From positions 1,488,001 through 1,552,000 of the forward strand of contig JBHGNT010000022.1 of NCBI GenBank assembly GCA_043228905.1: a stretch of DNA of 64,000 nucleotides, read 5' to 3'. This document shows, piece after piece, positions 1 through 13,900 of the stretch. This DNA comes from Azolla caroliniana. Taxonomy: Eukaryota > Plantae > Polypodiophyta. Numbering within the stretch: position 1 is the first letter of the stretch; each line of letters starts with the position of its first letter. The notes below the pieces were generated by a model. That model did no database searches. It was given only the letters and a program-made list of their open reading frames with translations, and was not told the DNA's origin. Both the position numbers and the translations under genes were made by a program.

Positions 1-990
1 TTAGGAAGTGCGGCGATCACGTGGAGCAGCAAAAAGCAACCGATAGTAGCATTGTCGAGCATGGAGGCCGAATATCGAGGGGAAACTGTCGCTACATGCG
101 AAGTCATTTTGGCTAAAACGGCTATTACGGGATCTGCATGTAGAGGTGTCTAATCCGACGATGATCTATTGTGACAACCTCAGCAGTATACACCTTGCGA
201 AGAACCCCGTCTTTCACACCCAGACCAAGCACATTGAGGTGCATTACCACTTTCTCCGCGAGCGGGTCCTTTCAGGTGAAGTCGAACTAGTGCATGTTTC
301 GAGTGATCGGCAGATTGCCGACATCTTCACAAAGCCTCTTGGTCTCGACAAGTTGCGGCATTTCTCGGGTGCACTTGGGTTGCATCACCTCGACACGCCG
401 AACTTGAGGGGGATAGAGGAAGATCAGGGACCAGAGGAAGATCAGGGACCAGAGGAAGTTCAAGGACCAGAGCGTGAAAGGAGCGGAGGTAAGCATCACG
501 GCGGAAGTGACCGAGATGCGGAGTCGGATGGAGAATTCGACTTGAGGGGGAATGTTGAGTGACAAGCTCAACATTGAGTGCGTAATACGGTGCGTAACCC
601 AGTGCGTAGACTGGGTGTGTAAAATAGTACGCATAACGTGGCTGTATCGGTGCGTAAACCGGAAGCCCGTTAGTATGGTATTCCTCGTAAGGAATAATTT
701 TGGGAGTTAGTGTTGTAGGCTTACTTATGAGCGGTCAAGTACTGTCAGTACTTGTGTCATCCCTATTGTCAGGGCTTGTATAAAAGGTGCTCACTAAGCA
801 CGGTGTATGTACAGAACAGAGTATTATTTTTTGAATCTGAGTTTCTGTTATCTGCTCACTGTGTCTCTCCATCTCCATCTCTGCGTTTTCTGTGTTTTAG
901 CGAACTATCTTATTCTCCCGAACTGTCTTATTCTCCCGAACTGTGTACTCTGTGTCTTACGCACACGCTTCCGCACAACGTATTCTTTTA
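1..990 (+). mobile_element. 3' end of a Ty1/Copia LTR retrotransposon (RNase H end, PPT, 3' LTR)
   Basis: ORF 146..562 has Copia RNase H motifs (YCDN, KHIEVHYHF, QIADIFTKPL). PPT TTGAGGGGGAA at 542-552 is followed by an LTR starting TGTTGAG at 553. The LTR right end (~990) is approximate; it abuts tRNA-array spacer sequence. Confidence 0.88.
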
Positions 991-1234
991 TTGTTTCGTT
1001 TTGATAAATTTTAATAATGAATTATCTTCGATAGAATTCTAATTTGAAGTTAGACAATGGATTTGTTGTTGACTTATTGTTTTGTCTTGCTATGTGGGGT
1101 TTTACAAGGAAATGGATCACGGGTTCCTCTTTTTGGCATATTGTCACGTTGTTTAGAAGTCGTGATGTCTAGGATGTTAGTTACAAGGAAATACGATCAC
1201 GGTTTCCTCATGTGTGTGTTGCATGCGTAGTAGG

Positions 1235-1729
1235 TGTTTCCTTCCTCTCCGGAGGCGACACCTTCGATTCCTAACCGAAAGCTAACCAAGGGACTGTGGT
1301 ACATGGTGGTTACATGGGGATGACACGCTACAGATTACAAAGAGGATACCTCGGGTTCTGCATACATGATAGGGAGAGATAGGTTACTTAACAATTATTG
1401 AAAGCAAACAATGACACAAATTAGACCCAACATTGTTTTGATTACGGAAATGAGTAGCGATTACAGTTACACGACTATCTGCCGGAATGTATCAGATACA
1501 CTGTAGGAGGATTAATTACGTAGTACCCTTAGACTTCTCTCCTATAGGTTTCCCTCTCTTCCTTCGATCTGTTGCTCCTTATATAGATGTTCCTCGGCGC
1601 GCTCCTTCTCCTTCCACGTTTTTGGCTATGTTTATTTTGGCTACTTCTGATTGCTTTCGGTTGTTTACCTACTGCTACCTAATTCCTATTGTGATTCTCA
1701 TATTTTATAATTTTGGCCCACAGACAATA
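1235..1729 (-). repeat. 3' LTR (relative to gag-pol) of the outer Gypsy
   Basis: Aligns by eye with 15474-16186; begins TGTTTCC and ends ACAATA. Confidence 0.9.
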
Positions 1730-1731
1730 CC

Positions 1732-1748
1732 TGGCACGCCCGTGGGAC
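1732..1748 (+). promoter_or_regulatory. PBS-like site complementary to the tRNA-Arg(UCU) 3' end, located where the PPT is expected
   Basis: TGGCACGCCCGTGGGAC lies 2 nt inside the LTR. It matches the reverse complement of a tRNA-Arg end GTCCCACCGGGCGTG-CCA with a 1-nt deletion. Confidence 0.8.
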
Positions 1749-1880
1749 AGTGCCTTGGCACGTCAAACCCAACAAATCGAAATTTCCAATTCGTAAAAAA
1801 AGTTTTATTGAAATTCGTAAAAATTAATTGAGTATATATTACAGTTAATCCTCGGTTAAAATGTGGAGGATTCGCTCCAC

Positions 1881-4645
1881 CTAGTTTGGTTTGACTATTA
1901 TGTCCTTTGGAATGGTCGTGGGGTCGGGTCGTGGTGCGCTGGTGTTTTCCACCGAAATGTCTATTGCAAGCTCCTTTTTATCATTGCTTTGTAATATCGG
2001 GGAGGTTGAGGTGTGGGTGTCTGGCTTCATCGGTCGTTCGTCGACTGCGTCAGGTTGTTTCGGGGCGTTATCGTTCAAGGCTTGCTCCGTTTCGATCATC
2101 AGCCACATTTGATCGTTATTGAATTCCTCAAGGAGGGTGCAGATGGCTTTGGTGTGTGCCTCGGCTAAGGCATGAAAATCATCGATGAGATCTTCTCCGA
2201 TCATTTGTATGATGTTGTCATCCATCTTGTAGATTGAAACCTTTTCCTTCTCTCCGTCGGTTTTCGGCGTCCGCCCGTAGAACTTGTAATTCGGCTGCTT
2301 GAGCCGACCATTGCTTCCAACCTACAACTAGTGTTTCTTCGACCTTTCAGTTTAATTTCTGCCACAGCTTCATGACTAATGCATTGATGCGTTCCTCCTG
2401 TTTGTCATACATTGTTTGAAGAGCCAATGTCTCTTATTTTGCTTTGTCGATGTCAAGCTGTAATTTTGTCGTGAGTAGTTCACAGGATGTATTGATTGAC
2501 TTGACCCTTCCCGCTGCTTCCTCCGTTACTCTATTGATTTTTTGGCTGAACTGAGTTCGAGCCTCCTCCAATTCCTTTACGTTCTTTTCTTGCTCCTATT
2601 CGCGCTCCTGGATGCTATTCATTTTGTGTTTGTGGAGCTCATCAAATAACCAGAAGCACTCGTTTTCGGCGTCTTCGTAGTTTTGCAACAATTTGCTCGA
2701 TCATGCCTGCATTTCGACTAGTTCTTTATTCAAGGCTACAATCTGAGTTGCCGCTATATCTTGGAAGGAAGTGATCGCGGTCGTGGTTTTAGCATGGCTT
2801 CGCGCAATTGGGTTGATTGTTCCTCGATCGTCTTTCTTAGGGCGGGTTTAGGGTTTAGCCTCCACTCGAGCTTCTTCCAAACACTCCTTGGCTTTGTCTG
2901 CGATAGCCTTGTACGTGGCTACGTCGTCTTCCAGTTTCTGTATAGTCGTGGTGTCTTCTTCTTCCGTTTGCGTGCATGTTGATGTGGAGCATGGGGTGCT
3001 TGTTGTTTGTGTTGCCGCGTCGGTTGGTTCGAGCCGGGGGGTGGTTGTGTATGCGTTGTTTGGTCATTGGAGGTAGAAGGGGGAGGTGGTAGAGCGAGCG
3101 GTTGTGGTTGATCCCGTGTTCGAAGTTGCTGCTCTAATTCGGCCCGTTGTGCTTCAGAGGCCTGCCATAGGTCTGTGGCAGCCTTTGCTTGTTTGCTTGC
3201 CTCTTTGTTACGTGTAGTCATGTCCTTGGTTGCACACATGGCTCTGTCTAGTTCTTGGTAAACTTCAACCAACGTCGTGTTGAGCTCAAGAAGCTCAATG
3301 CGTATTCGGCGTTTCTTTGTTGCCCATTTTCGGCCCACCTTCCGTAGTTTCGGCTCATCATCTGAAGTCGGCTCATTGTCTAAGGCCCTTTCTATGACCT
3401 GTTGCTTGGCGTGTTCCTTGGCCATGTGGGACACAGCACCTACTTGGAGACAAGCCAAAAAGTCAATGAGCTCGTATGCGGTGTCATGTTGCAAAATTGC
3501 TCCGAGCTTGAATGCTTCTACTGGCATATCACGGAAGGTTAGTACTTCATCCTCCGAGAATCGTGATTGTTGGCCTTGCTCGATAGGTCTGTTGGGATCC
3601 AACGTGGTGGTTATCACGATCGTAGCAGGCTCCTTCGACACGATGACCAATTGTTTGTTGGCTCCTGTAGTTTCATCCGAGCTCTGTATGGTGTTGTTAA
3701 TGTCCGTGCGACGGCATTTTGCAGCCAGATTTGCCTCTTGGGATGCTTGTACATCATGGTCATTTTTTTGTTGGGTTTCTACTAAGCGTTGAACCTCTGG
3801 AATAGGCTTTGCTTTTTCAGCCTGTTTGGTTGGTTTTGAGTGCGGTATCGAGCAGGGTTAGGGTATTGCTCGTGCTGTCTTATCACGACCGCGTATAGTG
3901 ATGTTGTCCCCGTCTTCAGTGTTTTTCTCGTCTTGGGTTGTGGAGAGGGTCTGGTTATTGTCATCTTGCCACTCTTCGTGCGACAACTGCAACGTTCATT
4001 GTCTCTTAGCCTTAGGGGGTGGAGCAGGGAGTGCCAATGTCTGTCGTGGTGGATGTGCTTGGGCAGGGTACAACACGGCAATGTATTGTGCTAGTACGGG
4101 AAAAAATCATTTCCCCAATTGAAAAGAAGTGATGGCCGCTCGGACAACTTCACCAGTGATGATCCCCCAATCAATGGCTCCACCACGGTAGGTCGTAATA
4201 ATCAGCCCTGCCTTTTTCTTCGGCATGTTGTAGGGGTTGGCGTGAAAGTAGGCCTATTCAAGGAGGAGGTGGGCAAGGTTCCCAAAAAACTCATTAGGGT
4301 CGTCGTGCATGCGATGGGCTTTTGCTGAGAGGGAATACTCTCCGAAGTGTTGCTCCAAGATGTGTTGACGCGGCGCACCGATATCGTGCTCACCCCCCTC
4401 TGCAAACGAAGCGTTGCGCGGATCATGTTGTTGGAGATGGTGTCAGGGTGGATCCTTCTGGCGATGGCCTGAGCCTCTGGGTGGGGAGGTGCATCGAGGA
4501 CGTTGAGATATCCTGAGAGGCCATGTCCAGACATCCAGGTGCAGAGTTCTTTAGATACTTCGAGCGGCATGGTGATGGTTGGAGAGTCATGTAGATAGGG
4601 AGAAGGTTGTGGAGATGGAGAACAAGAGAAAGCTTGGTTAGACAA
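1881..4645 (-). pseudogene. Extra (non gag-pol) coding region of the outer Gypsy, fragmented, partly coiled-coil-like
   Basis: Co-oriented ORF fragments 4202..4645, 2919..3650 (E/Q/K/L-rich heptad-like stretch) and 1881..2225 lie between integrase and the 3' LTR. Confidence 0.55.
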
Positions 4646-6028
4646 AGTAGGGGAGTGAGAGCAGTTCTACGCAGAAGGAGTGAAAGCTTGAGAGTTCTTG
4701 CAAGTGTGGTGGCTCTGGCTGTTGGTGATGCTTTTGTGTGGATGCCTCGGTTCCCGAGTTGTGCCCTTGTGCCCTAGATTCAGAATCTTGCTTGCCATAC
4801 TGAGAGTTAAGGGCCACGCGTCATGTGAATCATTTGTAATTGCTTTTCTTGAACATCGTACCTCATCTTTAAATAGTGAGTGGGTCCTTCTTCTTTTTTC
4901 ATAATAATACTATACACGTGGACGGTAGGTAGGGTTGTTACCGTCATCGAGGCGTGATGCCCTTGTAATCTTCTGTTCCACCTACCATCGTTTGGTCGAA
5001 ATCGTGCCATTGTATGGTAAAGGGGTTAGGTGGTGTCGTTCCACGGTACGGTTTCAAGTGAAACCCGTTGACCCAATGTGGCAGCGCTTCACGGGCCAGT
5101 GTGCCAAGTTGAAAGGTGTCGTTGTACGTGTCGATGATCTAGAAAGGCCCTGTCCACCGGAATCAAAGCTTGTCATGCATAGCCCTATGTTTTATTTGGA
5201 AAACCAGGACCAGTTGCTCGATTTCAAAAGTTTTGTCCGGTATCCGACAATGTCTGTCGACAAAGGCTTTCCTTCGTCTCTAGCCGTGCTCCAATCGAGC
5301 CAGACTAGTAATTTGTTGTTCTCCGAGTTCGAGCAATTGGACCAGATGTTGGTGTTCGGATTTTGATTCCATTAATCGTTCGGCTATTTGCAATCATAAG
5401 TTGGGAACCTGGAATTCAATTGGCATTACGGCTTCTAATCCGAAAGCCAGCCGAAAAGGCGTTGAGCCGATACTGGTTTTATAGGTCGTGCGATAAGCCC
5501 ATAAAGCACTGTGTAATTTATCATCCCAATTCGTGCGATTCTCATTGACGATTTTCTTAAGAATGGTTTGAAGGGTTCTATTTGTGGATTCGGCAAGACC
5601 ATTAGCTTGGGGGTAGTATAGGGTGATTTTCTTGTGTACGACGGCGTAGTGAGAGGTTAATTCGCGTATGATTCAATTGACGAAGTGTCCTCCTTGATCA
5701 CTTACTAGCTCGATTGGACAACCAAAACGGCACCATAAATTTTCGTAAATGAATTTTGTGGTTGATATTGCCGTGTTATCTTGAAGCGATTTTGCTTCGA
5801 CCCATTTCATATAGTAATCGGTTGCTACTAGTATATATTTGTTTCCGGTGTGTGTGGCGGGGGGTTTAAAAGGGCCTATGAAATTCAATCCCCATTTTTG
5901 GAATGGTTCCAAGGGAAGGATGGGCTGGTGAGGCATGTGGTCGCGCTCATTTGGTTGTCCCATCCGTTGACAGAGATCACATTGTTTACAAAAATCGTGA
6001 GCATCCTTTTTCGTGGTCGGCCACTAGA

Positions 6029-9000
6029 TGTCATAGATAGGATGCCACATGGAATGTTGGGAGTTGAACCCATGCCCTTCTGGTCTTATTAGGCAACCTT
6101 ACCAATTGAGCTACATCCATCTATGTATTGTTGTATTGTGTAAGACCCAACTTATTTATTATATATTGATCACTAGAACTTGTATAAATACCTCCACATT
6201 CTTGTATAAATACTTGGGTGCACCTAAATTACAATCAAGGTGAACAACACCAGTTACGAAAGCATATACAGTTCTTGTTTATTTGTCTATCCACTCTCTT
6301 GCTTGTTCTCTTGTCTATGCTCTCTCTCCCGCTATCTTTTAATATTGAGCCTCGTCTACTTGTCCTTGGCAATCTTGTGATCTTGTTTATGCTCTTGCTC
6401 TCTCTTAGTACTTAGCCTCATTCCACCCGTTCGTGACAGTTTGTTCACCTTCCCATTTTCTAAGCCTCAACATGTCGGATCTTACCGAGAGAATAAATCA
6501 CCTCATGGAATTCATGCATCAACTTCAACTTGAGAATGACAACCTTCAGAAATTGTTACGGAAGCTTCAAGTTGGAACACCGATGGAACTCGAAGAAAAA
6601 AACAACTCTCCTCCTACATCAACAAATGTTCTACCTATAGAGTCTGGTTCCTCGTCTAGGCTTTCTCAGACTCCTTCCCATCCACTACAAGTATGGAGCC
6701 CAATATTAGTTTACTTGACAAGTTCGATGGCACGAGGAAGCACTTCCAAGGGTTCATAAATCAAATCAAGTTTATTATCCAACTACAACCTCAACGGTCT
6801 GTGGATGATTTTCGTCAAGTTGGTCTCATTGGGACCCTTTTGTCCGGAGCTGCACAAGCCTGGTTTGCACCGTTGGTCGAAATTTCATCACCACTTCTAC
6901 AAAATTTTCCTGCCTTTCTAGTAGAGTTTGAGGCAACATTTGGGGATATGGATCGACGCCGAACTTCCATCACCAAACTCTATTCATTACATCAAGGTAT
7001 GCGTCCGGTATCCGTTTATGCCTCTGAATTTAGACAATTAGCATGTGATGTTCAGTGGGATGGCCAAGCTCTCTGCAACCAATTTCATTGGGGCCTTCAG
7101 AAGATTTCTCCTTTCCGGTAAGCATCCATTTCAAGTCGATTTCAATTAGATCCTTACCACTTCTAGATTCTGGGGCAACAATGTGTTTTATGGACGAAAG
7201 GTTCGTTCGTAAACACAAATTCCCGGTTGTCCAATTGTCCAAGCCAATCCCAGTGGAAGCTATCGATGGACGCATGCTTTCTTCGAGAGCAGTCACCAAA
7301 GCCACTGTCCCACTTATCTTACAGCTTGGGGACCACCATGAGGCCTTAACGTTTTATGTTATCACTTCACTGCGACATCCGGTCATCCTCGGTTTGTCTT
7401 GGCTGAAGGCACAGAATCCACTTGTTGATTGGCGCAATCACTCGATTACTTCCTCCCAAACCAGCTCGGAGGTGCAAGAAATATCTCATGTTGTTATAGA
7501 TGCTCACCCTCCCATTAATGCAGGAATCAGCTCCAAGGCGGATGCTCACATCCCAGTCACAACAAGGAAAATAGTGCATACTACTTTGTCGAGCAATCCA
7601 ATGAGGACAGCCACTGACTCACTACCATCCAAGTATGAAGACTTCAAGGACGTATTTGAGAAAAAGAATACTGATCACTTGCCTGAGCATCGACGCTACG
7701 ACTGTCTAATCGATCTACAAGAAGGTGCCAGTCCTCCCTTTGGCCCAATTGTTGGAACCAGAACTCCAGGCACTCCGAACGTATCTCGACCAGAACCTTG
7801 AAAAAGGTTTTATTCAACCCTCAAAATCACCAGCGGGAGCTCCTATTTTGTTCGTGAAAAAGAAAGATGGATCCATACGCCCCTATATCGACTATCGGGG
7901 TCTAAACAAGATTTTTGTTCGCAACCGCTATTCATTGCCTCTCATCCCAGAGTTGTTGGATCGACTCCAAACTGGGAAGATCTTCTCTAAGATTGACTTA
8001 CGGTCTAAACTTGGCGATGAATGGAAAACTGCCTTTAAAACGCGCTACGGTCATTTCTAGTATAAGGTAATGCCTTTCGGCCTCACTAATGTTCCTGCAG
8101 TATTTCAACATATGATGAATGACATATTCCGAGAATATCTAGATCACTTTGTTGTGATCTATCTAGTGATATCTTGGTCTTCTCTTCGAACATCAAGGAG
8201 CATACTCGACATGTCAGGTTAGTCCTCACCAAACTTTGCGAGCATGGACTCTATGCTAAAAGTGAAAAATGTGAATTTGATCATACTTCTATAGAGTTTC
8301 TTGGGTATGTCATTTCAACATAGGGAATCACAATGGACATCTAGAAAGCCAAGACTATCCAAGAGTGGGTTGTCTGAACTCGGGTACGAGATGTGCAATC
8401 ATTACTTGGTTGTGCCAATTTTTATTGTCACTTCATTTAAGGATTCTCAATGATCGAACAACCTCTCATTGCTCTTCCCACAAGGATGCTACTTTCGAAT
8501 GGACAACAGTTGCCCAAAAGGCGTTCGACTTGCTGAAACAAGCCTTTACCATGGCACCAGTCCTTTTACATCCTGACCCAACTAAGCCTTTCCAAGTCGA
8601 AACGAATGCTTGTGATTTCGCCATTGGGGCGATCCTCTCCCAGCCAGATGAGGTCAGTGTGCTTCACTCGGTGGCTTACTACTCCGGCAAATTCACGGCC
8701 CCAGAAATCAACTACCCCATATACAACAAGGAGCTTCTCGTTATTATTGTTGCTTTTGAAGAATGGAGACCCTATTTAGTTGGGGTGCAACACCATATCC
8801 TAGTGATTACCGATCACAAAAATCTAATATACTTTTCTACCACACCAACCTTAAATCATAGACAGGCATGATGGTTGATCTTCTTGGTAGACTATGATTT
8901 TGAGATAATCTTTCAACCTGGCTCTCAACACACGACGGTCGATGTCTTATCCCGTCAGTCTGAGTTCAAACTCACTCCGGAGGATGAAGCCTATGTTCAG

Positions 9001-10992
9001 CAGTCCTAGAGTTTGTTAAAGCCTAACCAATTCTACAACTTTGCGACTTGCTTGCTCCGGGATGACTCTTTGCTCAAGCAAATAACAGAAGCCACTACGA
9101 CTGACAAGTTCGCCACAGAGGTCAAGGCAATTATCACAAACCCCTCCCATGAACCCAAAAGACCTGATTTAGCTCATTTTACAATTCAGGATAATCTTTT
9201 GTTTCAAGATAATCTTTTGGGTGCTTCATGAGTGTCACGATGATCCACTTGTTGGTCATTTTGGCGTTGCGAGAACCTTGGAGTTGATATCTCAGGGATA
9301 CAGGTGGCCACAACCATGGAAATTGGTCAAAGAGTTTGTTAAGTCATGCGACGTTTGTGCTCACTCTAAAGCATCTCATCATCGACCATATGGTCTCCTT
9401 CGCCCTCTCCCAATCCCCAAACGGCCGTGGGCCTCTCTTTCCATGGATTTCATCACTGACCTTCCCTTTGTTGGTGGTTATAACTCAGTATTCTTCATGG
9501 TTGATCACTTCACCAAGATGGCTCATTTTGCTCCATGTGCCAAAACCATTACTGGAGAGGAGACAGCTGATTTGTTTTTCAAAAATGTGGTTCGACTACA
9601 TGGACTCCTGAACGATATCACTTCTGATCAAGGACCACAATTTGTTTCCAATTTCTAGCAGCGCCTTCTGCAAACCTTCGGTTGTACTTTGAATCTATCT
9701 TCCGCTTATCATCCGCAAACCAATGGACAAACAGAGCGGGTTAACCAAATCCTAGAACAATACTTGTGGTGCTCTCTTAGTTATCAACAAAACAACTGGG
9801 TTGACCTTCTCCCACTTGCCGAGTTCACTTACAACAACTCTCTCTCTGCATGCATTTACGGGAGTTACTCCATTTTTCGCCAACTATGGTCTCCACCCCC
9901 GCTTCAACATTTTGCTTCCCTCTGATTCTGTCAATCCTTCTACAGAGGACCAGGCACATCTCTTGGAGGATGTACATCGCAATCTTTCCTTGGAGCTCAC
10001 CTTTGCTGGCGAACACTACAAGGAGCAAGTTGACTGTCATCGCTTAGATGCTCCCTGGTTCGAGGTAGGAGACTTTGTTTGCCTTCTCCGTCGCAATACT
10101 GCCACCACTCGTCCTTGTCTGAAGCTTGATTACAGGAAGTTAGGACCTTTCCGAATCATTTAGAAAATTGGTTCCATGGCTATCCGCTTAGAGCTACCAT
10201 CCCACTTTCGTATTCATAATGTATTCCATGTCTCCCTTCTAGAACCTCGCCATATATTTGAAATTCCCGGTCGACACCCATCTCCTCCACCACCAATCCA
10301 GCTCTCAACCGAAGAAGAATAGGAGGTCGACCAAATTCTTGACTCTCGTCTCTTCTATCTCCAACTTCAATACCTTGTCCTCTGGAAATGGTACCCGATC
10401 TCCGAAGCAACATGGGATTCGGCACATCATCTCAAGCATGCCCCGAACATAGTTCGAGCATTTCATGAACGTTATCTCACAAAAACCGGTCGCGGGTCCA
10501 AGGAGACGGCCTTAGAAGGAGGATAATGTCATAGACAGGATGCCACATGGAATGGTGGGGGTTGAACCCATGACCTTCTGGTCTTATTGGGCAACCTTAC
10601 CAAATGAGGTACATCCATCTATGTATTATTGTATTGTGTAAGACCCAACTTATATCATTACATATTGATCACTAGAACTTTCAAGAAACTTCTAGAGAAT
10701 GCATCTTCATGCACTCTCTAGAAGTTTTCTAGCTTTCATGCATACCTCCACATTCTTGCATAAATATTGGGGTGCACCTTGATTACAATCAAGATAAACA
10801 TCACCAGTTACGAAAGCATATACAGTTCTTGTTTATTTGTCTATCCTCTCTCTTGCTTGTTCTCTTGTCTATGCTCTCTCTCCCGCTATCTCTTAATATT
10901 GAGCCTCGTCTACTTGTCCTTGACAATCTTGTGATCTTGTTTATGCTCTCGCTCTCTCTTAGTACTTAGCCTCATTCCACCCGTTCATGACA
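6029..10992 (+). mobile_element. Nested Ty3/Gypsy chromovirus (Tcn1-like), degenerate
   Basis: LTRs at 6029-6438 and 10527-10992 (TGTCA...TGACA) and PPT AGAAGGAGGATAA at 10514-10526. Domains: gag (6693-7121), protease LLDSGA, RT, RH, integrase with GPF motif, and a chromodomain at ~10312-10480 (EVDQILDSR...QYLVLWK...SEATW). The diverged TSD CTAGA/CCAAA splits the host integrase W-W-P motif. Confidence 0.92.
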
Positions 10993-13900
10993 CCAAATCT
11001 CACTCTACCAGATTTTTCGGGTTGTGGCGTAGCCTGCATAATGCCCGCCCATGATTCCGTGCTGAGTTTCCCAAAGTACGGAGTCTTTCTCGAATTATCA
11101 AACCGCGCGCCTCCAAATTCCATCTGAGGCTTTGTGATACAACGTATTCATGAATAGACAGAAATTACGGCATCGGATTGCTAACCATTTTGTAGTGTCA
11201 ATTGTGAGGTGGTCCGGGGGAAATCCCGTACTCAGGAATTGTGTCATTTAGGTGATCCAGGCATCGTTAGGATCAGAGTCGATGGTTGCTGTGTCGATGG
11301 AGAATGGGGCAGCATCCAGTAAGTCACCGTATTCCTGGTCCAGCGGTTCTCCTGTGTCCAAGCGGCTAAGATAGTCGGCAATCGCATGTTGAAATCCTAG
11401 TCGGTGTTGAATCTTGAAATCGAACTCCTGAAGGAGCAACATCCATCGTGCTAACTGATCAGTCAGAGCTTGCTTATTTACAAGGTAAAGTAGTGCCGAA
11501 TGATCTACGTGGAACGTGAATTTTCGGCCGAGCAGATAGTGCCGAAATTTCGTAACGCTATATATCATGCCGAGTGCTTCTTATTCTGTGGTGGCTTAAT
11601 TCCTTTCTGCTATCGAGAGTCGGCGGCTAGCGTAGTAGACTGGGCGATACCAATTTAGTGGGGTTTTCTTCATTAAAGCACTACCGATCACGATATCGGA
11701 TGCATCCACAAATACGTGAAAGGGCTCTATCCAATCCAGGGGTTGGACTACTGGGTCTTGGGACAACATGACTTTCAGTGATTGGTATGTTGTGTCCTCT
11801 CATTCTGTCCATTGAAAGGGCACCATATGGACTGCTGCATGTAAAGGGGTCGCGGAATCGGCAAGGTATCGGAGCATACGACTATGCCACCGTATTTGGC
11901 CCAGAAATCGGCAAGGTATCGAAGCATACGACTATGCCACCGTGGTGGGGGCCGGGGCATTCAAGATGGCTTGCACTTTGTCTGGGTCCATAGCGATACC
12001 CTCTTTACTAACAATGTGACCTAGTAAAGCTCCGCTTGTCACTTCGAAAGCACATTTGGCTGGATTGAGGCTGAGTCATGCGTGCCGACATCTCTTGAGG
12101 CATAATCGTAATTGCGCAAGGTGTTCCGCGTGTTGTCCATAAACTGCGAAATCATCAAGGAAGACTTGCATAAAGGCTGTAATGAAGGCCTCGAAGATTT
12201 CAAAGATGATGCGTTGAAATTTGGCGGAGGCTGTTTTCAAGCCAAACATCATAACCACGGCTATGAATACACCCCACTTTGTTATGAAGGTTGTTTTCTC
12301 CTGATCATCCGGGTGCATTCGAATTTGATTATAGCCACTGAAATCGTCGAGAAAGCTATAACAATCATGGCCAGCCACCGTATCGAGGATGTTGTCAGTG
12401 AATGGGAGTGGAAAGGCATCTGTGACCGTGGCGGCGTTAAGTTTCCGATAATCCACGCAGACCCGGATTTGTCCATTCTTTTTCGGGACGACCACAATAG
12501 GACTTAGCCATGTGGCCCTTTTTACTGGTCAGATGAATCCTACGCGTAGTACTTTATCTATTTCGTCTTTTACTTTCGCCGCATAGTTGGGATTCATATG
12601 GTATCGTCGTTGTTGAATTGGTCGTGTGTCCGTTTGAAGGTGTATTTGGTGTTGGTAGTACTGAGGATCTAGGCTTTTCGTGTCATTGTAGGACCACGTG
12701 AACACGTCTTGATACTCCATAAGCAATCCTATTAAGGCCAATCTTTTGCTAGTTGCCAGGTCTTTGGCGATTTTTACAGTGCGTGGCTCGGAAGGGGAGT
12801 CGACGTTGACGTCTTCTAAGGTGGAGGCTTTTATATGCTGCGATATTGCTAATTCGCGGTCAAGTGCGTTGCGGGCTTGTTGAAGTTCTTTTATTGATGC
12901 TGGGTCAGGTTCGTGGGAAACTTCGTGATCGATGGCGTTGGTTACATAGGGTTCGACGACCGAAAGGACGTCGATTTCAAAAAGCAGAACTATCGTAGGG
13001 TGCTCATTCAGGAAAGAGTTCATCTCGCCGTCCACTAGACCATCTAACATATGGACTCCTTCGGCATATAATGGGTTGCTGTCAGGAGGAGTCGGGGTCC
13101 GTGCTTCCTTAAGAATGCGAACTTTGGTTTTCCCATGCCGAAATGAGATCATGTTACGTTGCCAATGCTGCTTGATGTTGACGGTATGCAACCATGGACG
13201 TCCAAGCAAGAGGGGGTAAACGTCGAGGGCCTCTAAGCGTAAGATTACGGCTGACACAGTAAAAGCGTGTCCTCCCAAGGTAAATTCCAAGTTTCGGATG
13301 AGGCCTATCATGCGTATCAACCGTGTATCAGCCATTTGTAACCAGAATGGGCACGGCTCCCATTGAGTGATGTCGATCTTATTGCATGTCGCTTCGCTAA
13401 TGACATTGATGCATGACCCACCATTGATAATGCATCTAGGAACTTCGTGACCTCGTATGATTAGTTGTACAGCTGGATTTTGTGAATCCATCAGAGGAGA
13501 TCCTGGTGTCGAGGCTGTGAGGTTTACAGATGGATGCAACGAATCCCGATTTGTGAGGGAATGGAATGTCTCCTTGAAGCGAGGTAACAAGTGGAGCAAT
13601 TTATGCAGCGGCATTGAGATTTGGGAGTCCGTTAGTGCCTGCCACCCGGGATCGGTATCAATGTGATCGGTAGAGTTAGGTCGATCTGAGTGTGCGGTTT
13701 GTAGTTGGCCGTGTTTCTGTTCATTGGATTCCGTAATGTCAGCTTTCATACTATCTATGTTGGCGTTATTGGCTGCATCTACCCAGTCCTTAGCTTGTTG
13801 TTGAACGGAGTCCTGGATGTCCCACTGTGATTGTTGCGTGGTCTTACTGCATGTGGTCACCTGCTGCACGTCGACCATGATCATATTTACTGTCGGTGCT

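Noticed and set aside
3277-5548. + strand ORFs inside the outer Gypsy (possible antisense gene matching the + strand PBS)
   Set aside because: They read as shadow frames of the - strand ORFs, with no recognisable domains.
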